Origin: Eledone cirrhosa
Lineage: Eukaryota
Assembly: GCA_964016885.1 (NCBI GenBank)
Contig: OZ024746.1
Span: 67,580,001-67,644,000 of the forward strand
Reading direction: 5' to 3'
Length of the DNA stretch: 64,000 nucleotides
Shown: in pieces, positions 58,201 to 64,000 of the stretch
Position numbering within the stretch: the stretch's first letter is position 1
How the letters are laid out: each line of letters begins with the position of its first letter
Notes under the pieces: model-generated
What the model was told of the DNA's origin: nothing
What the model saw: only the letters and a program-made list of their open reading frames with translations
Databases searched by the model: none
Made by a program: the position numbers and the translations under genes

Positions 58201-61200
58201 TTGCATCATCTACCACACACGTAACAACCCAACCACAGTCCCTCCATCTCTACCACATCCTAACATCATCTACCATATACCTAACAACCCAACCACAGTC
58301 CTTCCATCTCTACCACATCCTTACATCATCTACCACATACGTAACAACCCAACCACAGTCCCTCCCTCTCTACCATATCCTTATATCATCTACCACATAC
58401 GTAACAACCCAACCACAGTCCCTCCATCTCTACCACATCCTTATATCATCTACCACACACGTATCAACCCAACCACAGCCCCTCCATCTCTACCACATCC
58501 TTATATCATCTACCACATACGTAACAACCCAACCACAGTCCCTCCATCTCTACCATATCCTTATATCATCTACCACATACGTAACAACCCAACCACAGTC
58601 CCTCCATCTCTACCATATCCTTGCATCATCTACCACACACGTAACAACCAAACCACAGCCCCTCCATCTCTACCATATCCTTACATCATCTACCACATAC
58701 GTAACAACCCAACCACAGTCCCTCCATCTCTACCATATCCTTATATCATCTACCACATACGTAACAACCCAACCACAGTCCCTCCATCTCTACCACACAC
58801 GTAACAACCCAAACACAGCCCCTCCATCGCTACCATATCCTTATATTATCTACCACATACGTAACAACCCAACCACAGCCCCTCCATCTCTACCATATAC
58901 TTGCATCATCTACCACACACGTAACAACCCAACACAGCCCCTCCATCTCTACCATATCCTTATATCATCTACCACATATGTAACAACCCAACCACAGCCC
59001 CTCCATCTCTACCACATCCTTACATCTTCTACCACATACGTAACAACCCAACCACAGTCCTTCCATCTCTACCACATCCTTAAATCATCTACCACATACG
59101 TAACAACCCAACCACAGCCCCTCCATCTCTACCATATCCTTACATCATCTACCACATACGTAACAACCCAACCACAGTCCCTCCATCTCTACCATATCCT
59201 TGCATCATCTACCACATACGTAACAACCCAACCACAGTCCATCCATCTCTACCATATACTTACATCACCTACCACATACGAAACAACCCAACCACAGTCC
59301 TTCCATCTCTACCACATCCTTACATCTTCTACCATATACCTAACAACCCAACCACAGTCCCTCCATCTCTACCACATCTTTATATCATCTACCACATACG
59401 TAACAACCCAACCACAGTCCCTCCATCTCTACCATATCCTTATATCATCTACCACATACGTAACAACCCAACCACAGTCCCTCCATCTCTACCATATCCT
59501 TGCATCATCTACCACATACGTAACAACCCAACCACAGTCCCTCCATCTCTACCATATCCTTGCATCATCTACCACATACGTAACAACCCAACCACAGCCC
59601 CTCCATCTCTACCAGATCATTATATCATCTACCACATACGTAACAACCCAACCACGGTCCCTCCATCTCTACCATATCCTTGCATCATCTACCACATACG
59701 TAACAACCCAACCACAGCCCCTCCATCTCTACCACATCCTTATATCATCTACCACATACGTAACAACCCAACCACAGTCCCTTCATCTCTACCATATCCT
59801 TGCATCATCTACCACATACGTAACAACCCAACCACAGCCCCTCCATCTCTACCACATCTTTATATCATCTACCACATACGTAACAACCCAACCACAGTCC
59901 CTCCATCTCTACCACATCCTTGCATCATCTACTACATACGTAACAACCCAACCACAGTCCCTCCATCTCTACCATATCCTTGCATCATCTACCACATACG
60001 TAACAGCCCAACCACAGCCCCTCCATCTCTACCATATCCTTATATCATCTACCACACACGTAACAACCCAACCACAGTCCCTCCATCTCTACCACATCCT
60101 TATATCATCTACCACATACGTAACAACCCAACCACAGTCCCTCCATCTCTACCACATCCTTATATTATCTACCACATACGTAACAGCCCAACCACAGTCC
60201 CTCCATCTCTACCACATCATTATATCATCTACCACATACGTAACAACCCAACCACAGTCCCTCCATCTCTACCACATCTTTATATCATCTACCACATACG
60301 TAACAACCCAACCACAGTCCCTCCATCTCTACCACATCCTTATATCATCTACCACATACGTAACAACCCAACCACAGTCCCTCCATCTCTACCACATCCT
60401 TATATCATCTACCACATACGTAACAACCCAACCACAGTCCCTCCATCTCTACCACATCCTTATATCATCTACCACATACGTAACAACCCAACCACAGTCC
60501 CTCCATCTCTACCACATCCTTACATCATCTACCACATACGTAACAACCCAACCACAGTCCTTCCATCTCTACCATATCCTTGCATCATCTACCACATACG
60601 TAACAACCCAACCACAGCCCCTCCATCTCTACCAGATCCTTATATCATCTACCACATACGTAACAACCCAACCACAGTCCCTCCATCTCTACCATATCCT
60701 TATATCATCTACCACATACGTAACAACCCAACCACAGTCCCTCCATCTCTACCATATCCTTGCATCATCTACCACATACGTAACAACCCAACCACAGTCC
60801 CTCCATCTCTACCATATCCTTATATCATCTACCACATACGTAACAACCCAACCACAGTCCCTCCACCTCTACCATATCCTTGCATCATCTACCACATACG
60901 TAACAACCCAACCACAGTCCCTCCATCTCTACCACATCCTTATATCATCTACCACATACGTAACAACCCTACCACAGTCCCTCCATCACTACCAGATCCT
61001 TATATCATCTACCACATACGTAACAACCCAACCACAGTCCCTCCATCTCTACCACATCCTTATATCATCTACCACATACGTAACAACCCAACCACAGTCC
61101 CTCCATCTCTACCACATCCTTATATCATCTACCACATACGTAACAACCCAACCACAGCCCCTCCATCTCTACCAGATCCTTATATCATCTACCACATACG

Positions 61201-64000
61201 TAACAACCCAACCACAGTCCCTCCATCTCTACCACATCCTTACATCATCTACCACATACGTAACAACCCAACCACAGTCCCTCCATCTCTACCATATCCT
61301 TGCATCATCTACCACATACGTAACAACCCAACCACAGCCCCTCCATCTCTACCAGATCCTTATATCATCTACCACATACGTAACAACCCAACCACAGTCC
61401 CTCCATCTCTACCATATACTTGCATCATCTACCACATACGTAACAACCCAACCACAGTCCCTCCATCTCTACCATATCCTTGCATCGTCTACAACATACG
61501 TAACAACCCAACCACAGTCCCTCCATCTCTACCACATCCTTATATCATCTACCACATACGTAACAACCCAACCACAGTCCCTCCATCTCTACCATATCCT
61601 TACATCATCTACCATATACCTAACAACCCAACCACAGCCCCTGCATCTCTACCACATCCTAACATCATCTACCACATACGTAACAACCCAACCACAGTCC
61701 CTCCATCTCTACCATATCCTTGCATCATCTACCACATACGTAACAACCCAACCACAGTCCCTCCATCTCTACCATATCCTTGCATCATCTACCACATGCG
61801 TAACAACCCAACCACAGCCCCTCCATCTCTACCATATCCTTGCATCATCTACCACATACGTAACAACCCAACCACAGTCCCTCCATCTCTACCATATCCT
61901 TATATCATCTACCACATACGTAAAAACCCAACGACAGTCCTTCCATCTCTACCATATCCTTATATCATCTACCACATACGTAACAATAAAACCACAGTCC
62001 CTCCATCTCTACCATATCCTTATATCATCTAGCACATACGTAACAACCCAACCACAGCCTCTCCATCTCTACCAGATCCTTATATCATCTACCACATACG
62101 TAACAACCCAACCACAGTCCCTCCATATCTACCACATCCTTATATCATCTACCACATACGTAACAACCCAACCACAGTCCTTCCATCTCTACCATATCCT
62201 TATATCATCTACCACATACGTAACAACCCAACCACAGTCCCTCCATCTCTACCACATCCTTATATCATCTACCACATACGTAACAACCCAACCACAGTCC
62301 TTCCATCTCTAACATATCCTTATATCATCTACCACATACGTAACAACCCAACCACAGTCCCTCCATCTCTACCATATCCTTACATCATCTACAAACATAC
62401 GTAACAACCCAACCACTGTCCCTCCATCTCTACCACTTCTTTATATCATCTACCACATACGTAACAACCCAACCACAGTCCCTCCATCTCTACCATATCC
62501 TTATATCATCTACCACATACGTAACAACCCAACCACAGTCCCTCCATCTCTACCACATCCTTATATCATCTACCACATACGTAACAACCCAACCACAGTC
62601 CCTCCATCTCTACCACATCCTTACATCTTCTACCACATACGTAACAACCCAACCACAGTCCCTCCATCTCTACCATATCCTTATATCATCTACCACATAC
62701 GTAACAACCCAACCACAGTCCCTCCATCTCTACCATATCCTTGCATCATCTACCACGCACGTAACAACCCAACCACAGTCCCTCCATCTCTACCACCCAC
62801 GTAACAACCCAACCACAGTCGCTCCATCTATACCACATCCTTATATCATCTACCACACACGTAACAACCCAACCACAGTCCTTCCATCTCTACCACATCC
62901 TTATATCATCTACCACATACGTATCAACCCAACCACAGTCCCTCCATCTCTACCACATTCTTACATCATCTACCACATACGTAACAACCCAACCACAGTT
63001 CCTCCATCTCTACCACATCCTTACATCTTCTACCACATACGTAACAACCCAACCACAGTCCCTCCATCTCTACCACATCATTATATCATCTACCACATAC
63101 GTAACAACCCAACCACAGTTCCTCCATCTCTACCACATCCTTACATCTTCTACCACATACGTAACAACCCAACCACAGTCCCTCCATCTCTACCACATCC
63201 TTATATCATCTACCACATACGTAACAACCCAACCACAGTCCCTCCATCTCTACCACATCCTTATATCATCTACCACATACGTAACAACCCAACCACAGCC
63301 CTTCCATCTCTACCATATCCTTATATCATCTACCACATACGTAACACCCAACCACAGTCCTTCCATCTCTACCATATCCTTACATCATCTACCACATACG
63401 TAACAACCCAACCACAGTCCCTCCATCTCTACCACATCCTTACATCATCTACCACTTGCGTAACAACCCAACCACAGTCCCTCCATCTCTACCACATCCT
63501 TATATCATCTACCACATACGTAACAACCCAACCACAGTCCTTCCATCTCTACCATATCCTTACATCATCTACCACATGCGTAACAACCCAACCAAAATCC
63601 CTCTATCTCTACCACATCCTTATATCATCTACCACATACGTAACAACCCAACCACAGTCCCTCCATATCTACCACATCCTTATATCATCTACCACATACG
63701 TAACAACCCAACCACAGTCCTTCCATCTCTACCATATCCTTATATCATCTACCACATACGTAACAACCCAACCACAGTCCCTCCATCTCTACCACATCCT
63801 TATATCATCTACCACATACGTAACAACCCAACCACAGTCCTTCCATCTCTAACATATCCTTATATCATCTACCACATACGTAACAACCCAACCACAGTCC
63901 CTCCATCTCTACCATATACTTGCATCATCTACCACATACGTAACAACCCAACCACAGTCCCTCCATCTCTACCATATACTTGCATCATCTACCACATACG
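46261..64000 (+). repeat. 60-bp tandem satellite array, about 295 monomers, running off the window end
   Basis: Consensus tctaccacatacgtaacaacccaaccacagtccctccatctctacca(c/t)atcctt(a/g)(t/c)atca; degenerate edge from about 45860. Confidence 0.98.

Noticed and set aside
46261-64000. CRISPR-like regular array
   Set aside because: There are no unique spacers, only continuous tandem monomers in a eukaryotic context with no cas genes.

Overview
AT-rich eukaryotic (animal) DNA made almost entirely of repeats. I found no host protein-coding gene. The SINE families and huge (TA)n/(CA)n tracts resemble an octopus (coleoid cephalopod) genome, which is my inference. Layout: 1-11 kb holds SINEs, a hAT MITE, foldbacks and a 200-N gap. 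11-19 kb holds a near full-length Tx1/L1-clade LINE sitting in (TTA)n between R4/Dong-like fragments. 19-45 kb is a dense nest of Penelope-like elements (PLEs; one near-complete Neptune-like copy with an inverted partner, two Naiad-like copies, one old copy), RTE tails and small foldback elements, carrying about ten recognisable type I hammerhead ribozyme motifs. 46.3-64 kb is a 60-bp satellite with multi-kb higher-order repeats. The most notable signals are (i) an upstream ORF joined to the PLE RT-GIY-YIG ORF by an in-frame U-UUU-UUA slippery site plus hairpin, (ii) a U3-A8 covariant hammerhead in that element's pLTRs, and (iii) tiny non-coding hammerhead-bearing foldback elements inserted in (TA)n. 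All structures were read by eye, and repeat boundaries are approximate.
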